From assembly GCA_905235705.1 (NCBI GenBank), contig CAJOML010000001.1, forward strand, positions 12,118 to 76,117: a stretch of DNA of 64,000 nt, read 5' to 3'. Every line of letters begins with the position of its first letter. The stretch's first letter is position 1. The stretch comes from an uncultured Bacilli bacterium (GTDB lineage Bacteria > Bacillota_I > Bacilli_A > RFN20 > CAG-826). Below the pieces are notes generated by a model, which did not search any database, was not told the DNA's origin, and was given only the letters and a program-made list of their open reading frames with translations. This document shows positions 36,528-46,711 of the stretch, one piece after another. Position numbers and translations under genes: made by a program.

Positions 36528-37685
36528 TTATTTTAATAAGGAAGCGAAGTATTTAAGCTCTTTGTGAGCGATCACGCGGGCGGATTTGTCTTCGTTAAGA
36601 TAAGAAAGGAACCGTTCTTGGTATCGATCTAAACGGGTTTCGGTTTTTGTCTTTTCTTTTATTTGCGCGATCAATTCGGATGCCTTATAAGTCTTACGAT
36701 AATCGTAATCAAACATATCCATGATTCTTTCCAAGGAAAGGATAAAGGCTTTTTCCACCGGGTCCTTGATTTTTAAGACTGCTCTTTTGGTTTGGATTTT
36801 TTGCAAATCTAAGAAGCCACGCGGATCGTTTCTCATCCAGATATTGAAATATTCCCTAGCAAGAGAAGAGAAATAGAAATCGTTTTCTAAGGTAACGCGG
36901 TTCCCTTTCAATGAGCCAAAACTCTTCGCCGCGTCGATATAGCCAAGGCGAATATTATCTTCAATGCGGTTATGGGTGAAACTTAAAAACGAGCCTTGGC
37001 CAAGAGAAGGGGTAATCATGGTGACGTTAGGAAGGTCAAAAAGTTCTTGGTGCTGGGCTACCGGCAATGAATTTAGCTTCACGGCCACGACTTCTTCCGC
37101 CCCTAAGGATAAAGCAAAATCGATCGGCAGGTTATTTCGCCAACCCCCATCAACATAATCGCGTCCTTTTATTTCATATACGGGAAATACCGGCCAGCAA
37201 GCGCTGGAAGCCATTAAATAATCCACGACCTCTTCATCTTTCAATTGATTGACGACAACATCTTCTTCCTTGAATGAAGGGAAGTGGCAAATGACGATTC
37301 CGAGTGTTTTCGGGCCCCGATTGACATGAAGCGGCTCGATCACGTCCTTGAGCATTTTCTTTAAAGGAGCGGTGTTCGCGCCTTTATTCTTCTTATAAGA
37401 GTCAATGGCTTTCGAAAAAGAAGAATCCTTATTAAGATCAACCTTCCTTAGAAAGTTCCTATCGATATCGATGCCATCGGCCATGACCGAATTGACATCG
37501 ACGTTTTTCCACATATTTAACGCTTCTTCGTAGGCGTTAGATGCCACCATCGCCCCATTAATCGCGCCGATGGAAGTGCCGGTGATAATATCAAAATCCA
37601 TGCCATGTTCGCGGAAGTATTGCCATACCCCGATTTCATAGGCCCCTAAAGATCCGCCGCCACATAAGGCTAACCCACGTTTCAT
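36528..37685 (-). CDS. Patatin-like phospholipase
   Basis: GGGSLG, GTSIG, DGG. Confidence 0.92.
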   Translation of the reverse strand: MKRGLALCGGGSLGAYEIGVWQYFREHGMDFDIITGTSIGAINGAMVASNAYEEALNMWKNVDVNSVMADGIDIDRNFLRKVDLNKDSSFSKAIDSYKKNKGANTAPLKKMLKDVIEPLHVNRGPKTLGIVICHFPSFKEEDVVVNQLKDEEVVDYLMASSACWPVFPVYEIKGRDYVDGGWRNNLPIDFALSLGAEEVVAVKLNSLPVAQHQELFDLPNVTMITPSLGQGSFLSFTHNRIEDNIRLGYIDAAKSFGSLKGNRVTLENDFYFSSLAREYFNIWMRNDPRGFLDLQKIQTKRAVLKIKDPVEKAFILSLERIMDMFDYDYRKTYKASELIAQIKEKTKTETRLDRYQERFLSYLNEDKSARVIAHKELKYFASLLK

Positions 37686-37767
37686 GGGACTATTATGAGG
37701 GGAAGGAAAAATTTGTGAATGCTTTCTTTTCCTTTATCTAAGAAATAGAAGAGTCTAAAATCTCGTC

Positions 37768-38199
37768 ATGATCAAAAACATCTTGGCCTTAGATTTAGGA
37801 AAAGGGAGCCTAGGTATGGCTTTATCTAGGAGCGGCATGTTCGTCACGCCGCTAAATAATCTGCGTTTCCCGGCTGGCCAATACCAGTATGCGATTGACG
37901 GTATCAAAGAAGTGATGTTGACCGAAGATGTCGATTTGATGGTCATCGGCTTGCCTTTGTTTCCTAGTGGCGATCCCTGCGAGATGACGCCCATCGTTAT
38001 TTCCTTTATTGACCGTCTCCACGAAGCCTTCCCTTCCGTTCCGGTGATGCAGCAAGATGAACGTAATTCCACCGTTGAAGCGGCTGAAATGCTTCACGCG
38101 AATGGCAAAAACGCGAAAGCCCAACGGAAAAACATTGATTCGGCTGCCGCCACTATCATCTTAGAACGCTTCTTAAAAAGTATTGGCCAAATGGATTAA
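37768..38199 (+). CDS. yqgF: YqgF/RuvX family nuclease (pre-16S rRNA maturation)
   Basis: LALDLG, VIGLP, DERNST, IDSAAATIILE. Confidence 0.92.
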   Translation: MIKNILALDLGKGSLGMALSRSGMFVTPLNNLRFPAGQYQYAIDGIKEVMLTEDVDLMVIGLPLFPSGDPCEMTPIVISFIDRLHEAFPSVPVMQQDERNSTVEAAEMLHANGKNAKAQRKNIDSAAATIILERFLKSIGQMD

Positions 38200-38203
38200 G
38201 CCA

Positions 38204-41200
38204 TCACGGGGTAACCGAATATCCCGTGTTTTTATAACGACTATTCGAATTTGTTTTGCCATAAGTTGAGTTATACATCGCGTTGCTGGCGGTCATGGCG
38301 TTGCTGTTAATGTTGTAATGGGTATATTTAATAAGCCAGCCGCTCGTGTATGACGAATAAGAATACATATTTACTTTGTGCGAGGAACTAGTCCAAGCAT
38401 TGGTATAAGCCCCAGAAGAAGCGATGTTGGAAATTGATAAATTGAAAGAGGCAGTCGCGGCTTGGATGCCGATTAATGAAAGACCGAAACTGCCGCTTGC
38501 TGAATACAAAGATTTCTTTGAATATCCGCTATATGTGGCGGTTTTGCCGGAGATATTGATGACAAAGTCGGTTAATATGCTGGTCCCAGTCAATCCCTCC
38601 ATCCCGATGGTTAATCGCCAAGATGGATTGGTGGTGTTTCCGCTTGAGGTAACGCCTTTGACGATGTCTTCGCCATGTAATGCTCGGTCGGAGGAAATGT
38701 CGTCTAGGCTAGAGGTAAGACTGCTTTTCATGCCTAAAATGTAGTTCAATAACCATTTCAATATGTTATCCATGAAATTTTCCCCGGTGACACGTTTATA
38801 ACTCTCACTAAAGTCATCGGAGAATACGGTGCTTGGTTCATGAACGTAACGCCGGAAGAATAAGTCTCCTCCAGTTTGGTTATCCCCATCGTTTTCATAA
38901 AATAGGTTAACGTAAGTATTTCCATCGTTTACCAAAGTTATTTTGGGGGTATAGATTGCCCCTACCATCTTGATCTCGGTTCCATCAAGGTAGACGACTA
39001 AATTTATTGTGATGGTCGTTTTTATACCAACGATCGACAAGACGACATTTCCTGAAATGTGGTAGGTGGTTAAGGTCGAAGAATCGGTTACGCCCAAGGT
39101 AATTGTCCCTAGCAAGAAGTCGATTAATTGTTTTAAACACGAATATGAGGTGAAAGAGGAAATGGATGGATTTTCACCCCAATTAAAATCGCTAGCCCTA
39201 GATAAACTGGTTTTGGCCAATTCGATCTTGACGTAGATTTCGCTTCCTTCCGAAGAGGATAAAGAAGGCATATAGAGCTCAATATATTTAGGGAGCCCCT
39301 TCTTTACGTTTCCTTCAACGATGCGGTCTTCACCATAGGTGATACGTAAAGAAGTGGGGACGTTTTCTTTGATTAAGGACGGCTTTAAGACAAACGTGTC
39401 GACGTTGGTCACATTATTGATATCGACGGAAGATAAAATGCCCGAAGAAACGACTTCGAGATATTGTCCCTTCATAATGGCGCCGAAGGTGGTCTTGGTT
39501 TTTAAATCGGTGAAAGCGGAAGTCAAACGTTTAAAACGTGGATCGGTGGAGGTCAATAACTCGGTGAGGGCGTCGAGAACACCGTTCATCGAATGGATGG
39601 AGAAGCGTCCATTCAACCCGTTTTTATTGGTAGGATCAGTAGGTGAATAGTTGCGATTGGTTGAAGTGTTATATCCGTTTTTGGCTTGGCTAGTGTTCAC
39701 CGAGGAATAGGAGAAAAGCATCATTCCGCCGGCACTAGTGTCATTACCCGAGAAATCGCCATTGGTCCAATTTGTCTCTTCCTCATCTGAAGAGGCTTCT
39801 AATGGGGCTCCGGTGACGTCGATTGCGAGGGTATGGTCGTTGATGTAATTCTCTTTACGGTCGGTGAAAATGACCTTCCCAGTCCCGATTTTGTTATACA
39901 AATCGAATCCGAGGCTACCGTTAAAAAGCATGCCCTGTTCATTTAGGTTCTTCGTCCCATCCCAGCTTGAGACGCTTTGGCGGATGTTGCTATGGTTATC
40001 GCTACCTTTTTTGGAAATATAGCCGCTGATATTGGCCTGAACCTGGGTGTTAGGAGATTCTTTTGTGCCGGCAGCATCGGCAATATATTCGTCCCAGCTT
40101 GGTAAATGGGCCATTTCCTGATAGGAAGAAAGGTCCAGGGCATCGATTTTGGCATTAGAAAAGGGTCTTAAGGTCAATAGACCGTCTAAGGTGAAAGTCA
40201 AATTGGGAGAATTTGTCGTGACTATGCCGACTTGATCAAGATCAATCGAAAGGAGGCTGGTGGCCGAATCGGTGGCGTCTAAAGTCGCCGATACCTTCCC
40301 TACCATTTTGGCTTGGAAACCTGTGCCATTTAACTTATCGAGGTCAACTCTCACAATCAATTTGTTTTGGCTCACCCTTAGCGTTGAAATCGCCTCGACG
40401 GCGGTGTGATATTGGCCTGAATCGATGACATTATAGATAGCCGAACCGGTTACGGCGTCAAGAGCGTTAGTGATGGAATCCATGGAAGCCACAACACCGG
40501 CAATGAGGTTTTTGATGGTGTCGTTTTGGATTCCTTCCATGCCTAAGGCTTCTTTTAATGTGGTGGCAAGGGAGGAAAGAGTGGACATTCCGGTCGAGGC
40601 CTTCATCACGCTTTCGTTTAAGGCGATGTAGGCTTTGGTATCTTCTGTTTCTTCTTGAAGAAGAAGGGATATCTTTTCTTGATTGCCGTTCATCGATAAA
40701 GCGGCCTCGCCGAATACTTTTTCAAATGCCCCACCTTCAAAAGAGGCGTCGGCAGATAGGCTTAAGGTCGCGTTTTCGGTGACGGCGTCACGCGAGAAAG
40801 CGGTGGAAGAACCTTCAACCGCCTCTTCGTGGTGGTAGATATTAAACGAGGCATCAATGCCAAACCGTTTGCTAGAAACATAGTCGCCCACATCTTTGAT
40901 GAGATCGATGGAAGAGGAGATTTCAACATAAGACTCGGGATCTTCAGGGGTAAGGTTTTTGATGGTGGTGGCAGGACTTATGGAGGCGGAGAAAGATATC
41001 TCTAAGCCGTCTTCGCTTTGATAGGGGCTTTCTCCTTTTAAGGGAAAATCGATGCCAGATAAAACGGCGGAAGAATTGGCGATTAGGCCAAAGGATAAGG
41101 TCTTCTCGCCTAGAGGCAGGTCATAACGGAAGTAGCCGGATTCGATTTCCTCGATTTGGTCAAAGGAGGCTTTGATTTTGTCCCCGTCAATGGTAATGCC

Positions 41201-41782
41201 ACCGTGTTTAGGCGAAGTTAAAGAAATAGCGGGCAGGTTCCAGGCGTCGAAAAGGGAGTAAAGGAAATAATCGAAGAGGCCATATTCGTAATATTCGATG
41301 CCCCTTGTGGAACTATCTTGCGAGGTAATAGCCTCGACTTGGCTGGGTTCAAGTCTGCTTTTTAGGCGAATCCCATTATTTTCCCCAGGCCAGCTTAGAC
41401 CGACATAGATTTCGTCATCTTCTAGCGACAGCCCAAAGCTACGTTCGACTTGACGGTTATAACTTAGCGTAGCCGCCATGCCGAAAGTGAGTTGATGGAG
41501 GGAAAGCCCATCAAGACGGACATATCCGTGCCCTTCATCGGCCAAAGAAAGGATGTTGTCTCCCTTCCCTTCTTTCCCGGGGATATTAAGCGAAAACGAA
41601 TTGAAATTCAGATCTAGCCCTTTATTTAGCCCCTCTTCAAATTGCTTGGAAATCGGGGCGCTAGGGGCTTCAAGAACCGGGGTGATTTCAGAATGCTCAG
41701 GCGTGGTGTTGACGCAGCTACACAAAAGTAGGCCAATTAGGCCTAGGAGGAGGTAGGGTTTAAACAAGGAAGAGCCACGCAT
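38204..41782 (-). CDS. Large uncharacterised lipoprotein (1192 aa)
   Basis: Lipobox LLCSC after a hydrophobic signal; GGAG RBS; colinear similarity to ORF 42638-46696. Confidence 0.85.
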   Translation of the reverse strand: MRGSSLFKPYLLLGLIGLLLCSCVNTTPEHSEITPVLEAPSAPISKQFEEGLNKGLDLNFNSFSLNIPGKEGKGDNILSLADEGHGYVRLDGLSLHQLTFGMAATLSYNRQVERSFGLSLEDDEIYVGLSWPGENNGIRLKSRLEPSQVEAITSQDSSTRGIEYYEYGLFDYFLYSLFDAWNLPAISLTSPKHGGITIDGDKIKASFDQIEEIESGYFRYDLPLGEKTLSFGLIANSSAVLSGIDFPLKGESPYQSEDGLEISFSASISPATTIKNLTPEDPESYVEISSSIDLIKDVGDYVSSKRFGIDASFNIYHHEEAVEGSSTAFSRDAVTENATLSLSADASFEGGAFEKVFGEAALSMNGNQEKISLLLQEETEDTKAYIALNESVMKASTGMSTLSSLATTLKEALGMEGIQNDTIKNLIAGVVASMDSITNALDAVTGSAIYNVIDSGQYHTAVEAISTLRVSQNKLIVRVDLDKLNGTGFQAKMVGKVSATLDATDSATSLLSIDLDQVGIVTTNSPNLTFTLDGLLTLRPFSNAKIDALDLSSYQEMAHLPSWDEYIADAAGTKESPNTQVQANISGYISKKGSDNHSNIRQSVSSWDGTKNLNEQGMLFNGSLGFDLYNKIGTGKVIFTDRKENYINDHTLAIDVTGAPLEASSDEEETNWTNGDFSGNDTSAGGMMLFSYSSVNTSQAKNGYNTSTNRNYSPTDPTNKNGLNGRFSIHSMNGVLDALTELLTSTDPRFKRLTSAFTDLKTKTTFGAIMKGQYLEVVSSGILSSVDINNVTNVDTFVLKPSLIKENVPTSLRITYGEDRIVEGNVKKGLPKYIELYMPSLSSSEGSEIYVKIELAKTSLSRASDFNWGENPSISSFTSYSCLKQLIDFLLGTITLGVTDSSTLTTYHISGNVVLSIVGIKTTITINLVVYLDGTEIKMVGAIYTPKITLVNDGNTYVNLFYENDGDNQTGGDLFFRRYVHEPSTVFSDDFSESYKRVTGENFMDNILKWLLNYILGMKSSLTSSLDDISSDRALHGEDIVKGVTSSGNTTNPSWRLTIGMEGLTGTSILTDFVINISGKTATYSGYSKKSLYSASGSFGLSLIGIQAATASFNLSISNIASSGAYTNAWTSSSHKVNMYSYSSYTSGWLIKYTHYNINSNAMTASNAMYNSTYGKTNSNSRYKNTGYSVTP

Positions 41783-41797
41783 CTGTCTTTTTCTCCG

Positions 41798-41814
41798 TTT
41801 GCATTATATGCAAA
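41798..41814. promoter_or_regulatory. Palindromic operator candidate overlapping a -10 box
   Basis: TTTGCAT-N3-ATGCAAA overlaps minus-strand TATAAT (41803-41808) upstream of the 1192-aa gene. Confidence 0.5.
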
Positions 41815-41870
41815 ACTTTTCAAGGTGGCATATCGAATATAGAAAGCCTCCATTCTCCTGTTTTGAGAAT

Positions 41871-41900
41871 AAAAAAACGCACCACGTGGATGCGTTTTTC
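41871..41900 (-). terminator. Intrinsic terminator after the XRE gene
   Basis: AAAAACGCA-N9-TGCGTTTTT. Confidence 0.7.
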
Positions 41901-41907
41901 CTTATTT

Positions 41908-42552
41908 TTAGGCTTTTGGCTTGCGTCTGTAATTCGCCCAAAGAACGATGATGACTTGGATGGGGATGCCGACGATTAGGATATACCAAACGTTCTCCGG
42001 TGGGTCCATAAAATAGGCAAATTGGATTGAGAAGGCGATTAAGACAGTCCAAATAAAGACCGATACCAAGACGGTCGCGGCAATCTTATTGTGATAGAGG
42101 AATTTGACCTCTAAATAAGCGACAAGCAGGGCCACAGGCACCATCCAGATAAAGACGGCCCAGGAACGGAATTTAGAGGCAGGATCGACGTTGCCACCAT
42201 GGAAAGGATTGAAATATTCGGAGAAGAAAATCGAAAGGGCGACCAGCACGATAAAAGTCATCGACATGGCTAAAGTCAGGCCATAATTGATATTCCTTGC
42301 CCTGCCTTCTTTCTTGGCGATGGCTTCGAGTTTTTCTTGGTCTTGCGGTTTGAGGAAATAATCGACCGTAACGCCATAAAACTCGGCGAAGTCAACAAGA
42401 ACGTCGACCCCGGGAATGGTATAACCAAGTTCCCATTTGGAAATGGACTTATCCGAATAATTAATTTCTTTGGCAAGTTGCTGTTGGGTGAGGCCACGAG
42501 ACTTCCTTAAGGCCGCCAAGTTTTTCCCAACGATCGAGGCTAAATCTTCCAT
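41908..42552 (-). CDS. XRE-family HTH regulator with 4 C-terminal TMs
   Basis: LRKSRGLTQQQLA..INYSDKSISKWE.G..P; hydrophobic C-terminal half. Confidence 0.9.
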   Translation of the reverse strand: MEDLASIVGKNLAALRKSRGLTQQQLAKEINYSDKSISKWELGYTIPGVDVLVDFAEFYGVTVDYFLKPQDQEKLEAIAKKEGRARNINYGLTLAMSMTFIVLVALSIFFSEYFNPFHGGNVDPASKFRSWAVFIWMVPVALLVAYLEVKFLYHNKIAATVLVSVFIWTVLIAFSIQFAYFMDPPENVWYILIVGIPIQVIIVLWANYRRKPKA

Positions 42553-42637
42553 GCCTTAAGTTTAAACTTAGAGCGAAATGAAGAAAAGAAAAAGCGACGG
42601 AGACATAGCCTCCGCCGCAAATAATTTAGAGTCGTTT

Positions 42638-45600
42638 TTAGTCGTTCTCTAAGACTTTGGCGATGATGGTTTTTCCTTCCTTTTCGCCAAGGACGATGGT
42701 GTAGCTCTTCCCGGCTTTGAAAGCGAAGGAATATTCGTCAGTGGTCTCCTCGCCGATAGTGACCTTAACGGCATTTAGGCTGCCTTTATATTCAAGAGTA
42801 ACTTCTTCGGCATAGTCAGCCACTTCCCCTTCGACGGTAGCAACTCCTTCGACCAAGACGATGCTAGCGTCATTGGTTAAGCTAGAAGCATCGATGGTGA
42901 AGGTGACGGATTTGGTCGGGTAGATGTAGTGGTTGAATCCGCTTTCGGGGGCGGTAGCATTTTCGAGGGTGTAGTTATAACCATAGTAGTTATTCAACGT
43001 TCCTTCGCTGGTGTCGAGTTCGCCCTGGAATCCGTTTTTGAGTTCAAATAAGCTGCCACGAGCATCTGCGATAACTTCTTCATCGGTTGCATCGTTATCG
43101 TAGAGTAAGCCAGAATCATGGACATTGCCAACGTAAATCTGCGCAAAACGGCTATTTTCTCCGCAAACTGCTTCGATTTGGTTCGATCCAGAGATGTTGG
43201 TCAAATTGAGGGAGACCTTGGCGGAAGCGATGTAGAGCTGGTTGGGTTTTTCGTTGCCTTCAAGAATGTTGGAAGCGGTGGCCTTGACATTTAATTCGGC
43301 GTCAAGACCGGTGAGGATCTTTTCGCTGTAGTTGGTCGAGGTCACCTTTCTTGAATGGATGGTGACGACGATTTCATCAAGAATGCCAACGCCGACTAAC
43401 TCGCCGAGGTCAAGCGAGATGATGTAATCGCGTCCATCGGTGGTTTCGACGGACTTAAATCCGGTCCAAGCATCATCAATATGGATGCCTTTGGCAGAAG
43501 CGGATTCTTCATTTGAAGTTGTGGTCGTCGCTTCTTCGGAAGGAGTAAACAAGGATTCATTTAAGCCGATAGCATATTCGCCAATGTAGCCTAAGAGGTT
43601 GGAAAGGAGATCCTTGCCACCGACTTTAACGGCGTCTTGGACGTTGCGGAGACGGCCATAGGAGGAGTCGCGTAAGATGAGGGCGCTACCTTCGGGATCG
43701 ACACCGTTGGCATAGAAGAAGATTTCGCTGTTGCGCTTACCTTCGATCTCGTTAGGACGGAAGTAATGTTCATCATCAGGCCCGTTGATGCCACGGATGA
43801 CAGGAAGGTTGGGGAAGGAAGCGTAGATCTTAGTTTCTGCCCCTTCGACAGAAGCATCGGCGTTAAATTGATAAACGTTCATGCCATAGCCGGCGATATC
43901 AAGGCCGATGCTGCCTTCGATACCATAGTTGGAAACACCGCCGAAGGTGCCATTATCCATGTAGGTGCCGACGGTTAAGGTGTTGATGAGGTCGCGGCCC
44001 ATTTCGGCAAGAGGGCTGTAATCATCGAACCCTTCATAAGAGGAGATGAAGGAAATTTCTTCGTTTTCAGCGACGGCTTCAATGCCGGAAACGGTGAAGC
44101 TGATAACGGTGGATTCGCCTTCTTCAGGAGCTTTGGTGATGGTGACTTTCAAAGTATCGATGCCACCTTCTTCTTCCCCGCTACTAGGAAGATAGGTGAT
44201 ATCTAAAGCAATGGTGGTGTCTTTCAAGCCAATGGCAGGTCCGTTGATGATAACGGAGGTGGAGGAGCCTAAGGAGACGGTTTTAAGGATGCCTCTAGCT
44301 TCAAGCAAACCGAAGTATTCGCCATTGAGGATATCCCCGATGAGGGAGGATTCGCTCATTAAGGCGGTGCCTAAGCGGGAGAAACGGTCGTCGTTTTTGA
44401 AGAAATCGATGAGGAAGTCAAAGTCAAAGTTGTCCGAATTGAAGACTTTTTTGGCGGCTTCGACATTGATGAAGCCGTTGATGCCTTTGCTAGTTTTGGC
44501 TGAGGATTCAGCGGTGGTGGAATAAGAATCGTAATGGAAGAAGATGTCGGTGAAGCCTTCTTGGAAATCCAAGGCGATGTTGTGGTCTTGGGTGTTGGCT
44601 TCATTTTTCATTTGCTTCAAGGTGAGCTTAGCCCCGCCTTTGCCATTGCTAGTTTCGCCATTGAATTTCACGGCGATATCGCCGCCGATGGCTAGGGTTT
44701 GTTTGTCGCCTTTGGCAATAGAACCAGCTAAATTGGCTTTGAAGGATTTGGAATCGACGAGGCTCTTGATTTGGCCGCCGATGCCTTTAAGGTGGGAGAT
44801 GGTCTCGTAGTTTTTGGCGACGCTTGCGTCAAAAACAGGGGCCTTGGGCTGATCGAAAGCGACGGACTTAACGGAACCATTTAAGGTTAAGGAGGCGAAT
44901 CGGACGTTATTGAAGGTGAGGTTTAAAAGGTTTTCGTCTACCCCATCAAGGGTCAAGCTGACCGTGCCAGTTAAGCCTAAGGGGGAGAGGCCAAGTTCAA
45001 TAAGGATTTGGTTATCCGCGTTTTTGAATAGGGTTAATAAATCAAGTAGTCCGTTATAGGCTCCTTTGTCGATGGCCTTTAGAACTTTGGAGTTTTTGAT
45101 GGCATTAATGGAGTCGCCAATCGAGCCAAGAAGTTTTTCGAATTGATCAAGCGATAGCGAATCGCCAACGCCGGTGAAGGTTTCGGCGATGGTATTGGTA
45201 TAGAATTCGTGGAGATAAGTCCAACCGGATTTGGCTTTGATGACGTCATTGACGTTGAGGTAGCCATTGAAGACTTCGTTTCCTTCTTCGACTTCCTTTA
45301 AGTAAGCGACGCCGATTTTGTTGGCTTTGGTGGAATCGTGAGTTTGAATTGTGCCTTCCCCGATTTCAATGTTGGCATCAAGGCCTTCAAGGGAACGGGT
45401 CGAGGTGGAAAGGGGGTTTCCTTTTACGAAAGCATCAAGATTTGCGTCGATTTTGATATAAGCATCTTCATTGACGCTTTGTTTCTTAAGGTGAGTTCTA
45501 TCGGCTTCTCTATTGTTGCTAGTCGCATGCTTTAGATCTAAGCCGACGGAGACGCCGACTTCGGGTTTGGCGATGACTTTGGCGATCCCTTCAAAGAGCT

Positions 45601-46696
45601 CACGGGAGTTCTTTAATTCTTTGTATGAGGATGCTTCGCCTCTAACTTGCTGATTCCAGTTGATGTCGCTAGTTCCATCAACGGTAATCTCGGCTTGCAA
45701 GGTCATGCCATCTTGAATATTCCAAACAGCGGAATCGGGGGAACCGCCATTAATATCCAATTTGGCGGGGAGGTCGATGCCAGTCAGATTGTAGTCAGAG
45801 CTGCTAGCGAAGCCTAAAGGAATCGTTTTATTATCAGAAATCGGGAGATTCCAAACAAAATATGGCTTAGATGAAACTTCATATTCCTTCATTTCGTCCA
45901 TCGAGGCGAGGATTTTGTCGGTAAGCGAGGTGTCGCTGGTGCTATCATCGCTGGTGGAAGAGGAACCGGTAAGGTTATTTAGCCATCCTTCCAAAGAGAC
46001 GGAGATGCCACCTTCGGATAAGGTTTCGAGGATGACTTCAATCAACCAGTCAAGTTCGCCATATTCATAATAGTATGCGCCACGGGTGAGGGAATCGATG
46101 GAATTAACGGAAGGGTTCACCTGCGAAGCGGCGGCACTAACATGATATTTGAAATCCCAAGTGGATGTGGTGCGAGCGGGAATCTCCCCGTTTTCTTCTA
46201 AATCGGGCACGACATAAGCGGCATCGCCATTATCGAAGAGATCTAAATAGATGTCGTCATTAATCAAAGAAGCATAGATGCCTCTATTTTTGGCCTCGTA
46301 GCCATTATCGCTATAGGAAATAGGTAAATCCAAAGCGAAGTTTATGCCGTGAAGAGAAAGCTCGTTCATGGCAAAATAGATGCGGCCAGGGTTGCTTTCG
46401 GTGACTTCGATCGTGTTATGACCGGCTTTGGCGTTTTCACCGGTATAGAATTGGTCGAATTTCAAGTGCTTAACGTCAAGCTTTAAGCCCGCGGTTGCTC
46501 CTTCGGCGAGGTTTCCGATGAATCTCTCGCGTCCGGTTAAAGCGGCTAGGCCATCGCCATCATCAGGTCCGGCGACGTGCTCGATGCTCACTTTCTGCGG
46601 GATGGCAAAGAAAGTGGTCGCGGCAGCAACGCCAAATAAGGCGAACGCGCTCAAACCTAGAAGGAGACGTTTCTTTCCACTTAATTTTTGTTTCAT
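42638..46696 (-). CDS. Large N-terminally anchored/secreted protein (1352 aa), paralog of the 1192-aa lipoprotein
   Basis: Basic-hydrophobic N-terminus; AAGGAG RBS; shared motif blocks. Confidence 0.85.
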   Translation of the reverse strand: MKQKLSGKKRLLLGLSAFALFGVAAATTFFAIPQKVSIEHVAGPDDGDGLAALTGRERFIGNLAEGATAGLKLDVKHLKFDQFYTGENAKAGHNTIEVTESNPGRIYFAMNELSLHGINFALDLPISYSDNGYEAKNRGIYASLINDDIYLDLFDNGDAAYVVPDLEENGEIPARTTSTWDFKYHVSAAASQVNPSVNSIDSLTRGAYYYEYGELDWLIEVILETLSEGGISVSLEGWLNNLTGSSSTSDDSTSDTSLTDKILASMDEMKEYEVSSKPYFVWNLPISDNKTIPLGFASSSDYNLTGIDLPAKLDINGGSPDSAVWNIQDGMTLQAEITVDGTSDINWNQQVRGEASSYKELKNSRELFEGIAKVIAKPEVGVSVGLDLKHATSNNREADRTHLKKQSVNEDAYIKIDANLDAFVKGNPLSTSTRSLEGLDANIEIGEGTIQTHDSTKANKIGVAYLKEVEEGNEVFNGYLNVNDVIKAKSGWTYLHEFYTNTIAETFTGVGDSLSLDQFEKLLGSIGDSINAIKNSKVLKAIDKGAYNGLLDLLTLFKNADNQILIELGLSPLGLTGTVSLTLDGVDENLLNLTFNNVRFASLTLNGSVKSVAFDQPKAPVFDASVAKNYETISHLKGIGGQIKSLVDSKSFKANLAGSIAKGDKQTLAIGGDIAVKFNGETSNGKGGAKLTLKQMKNEANTQDHNIALDFQEGFTDIFFHYDSYSTTAESSAKTSKGINGFINVEAAKKVFNSDNFDFDFLIDFFKNDDRFSRLGTALMSESSLIGDILNGEYFGLLEARGILKTVSLGSSTSVIINGPAIGLKDTTIALDITYLPSSGEEEGGIDTLKVTITKAPEEGESTVISFTVSGIEAVAENEEISFISSYEGFDDYSPLAEMGRDLINTLTVGTYMDNGTFGGVSNYGIEGSIGLDIAGYGMNVYQFNADASVEGAETKIYASFPNLPVIRGINGPDDEHYFRPNEIEGKRNSEIFFYANGVDPEGSALILRDSSYGRLRNVQDAVKVGGKDLLSNLLGYIGEYAIGLNESLFTPSEEATTTTSNEESASAKGIHIDDAWTGFKSVETTDGRDYIISLDLGELVGVGILDEIVVTIHSRKVTSTNYSEKILTGLDAELNVKATASNILEGNEKPNQLYIASAKVSLNLTNISGSNQIEAVCGENSRFAQIYVGNVHDSGLLYDNDATDEEVIADARGSLFELKNGFQGELDTSEGTLNNYYGYNYTLENATAPESGFNHYIYPTKSVTFTIDASSLTNDASIVLVEGVATVEGEVADYAEEVTLEYKGSLNAVKVTIGEETTDEYSFAFKAGKSYTIVLGEKEGKTIIAKVLEND

Positions 46697-46711
46697 AAGT
46701 TTTACTCCTTT

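Noticed and set aside
38204-38420. Ser/Tyr/Asn-rich C-terminus as a DGR variable region
   Set aside because: No template repeat and no reverse transcriptase in the window
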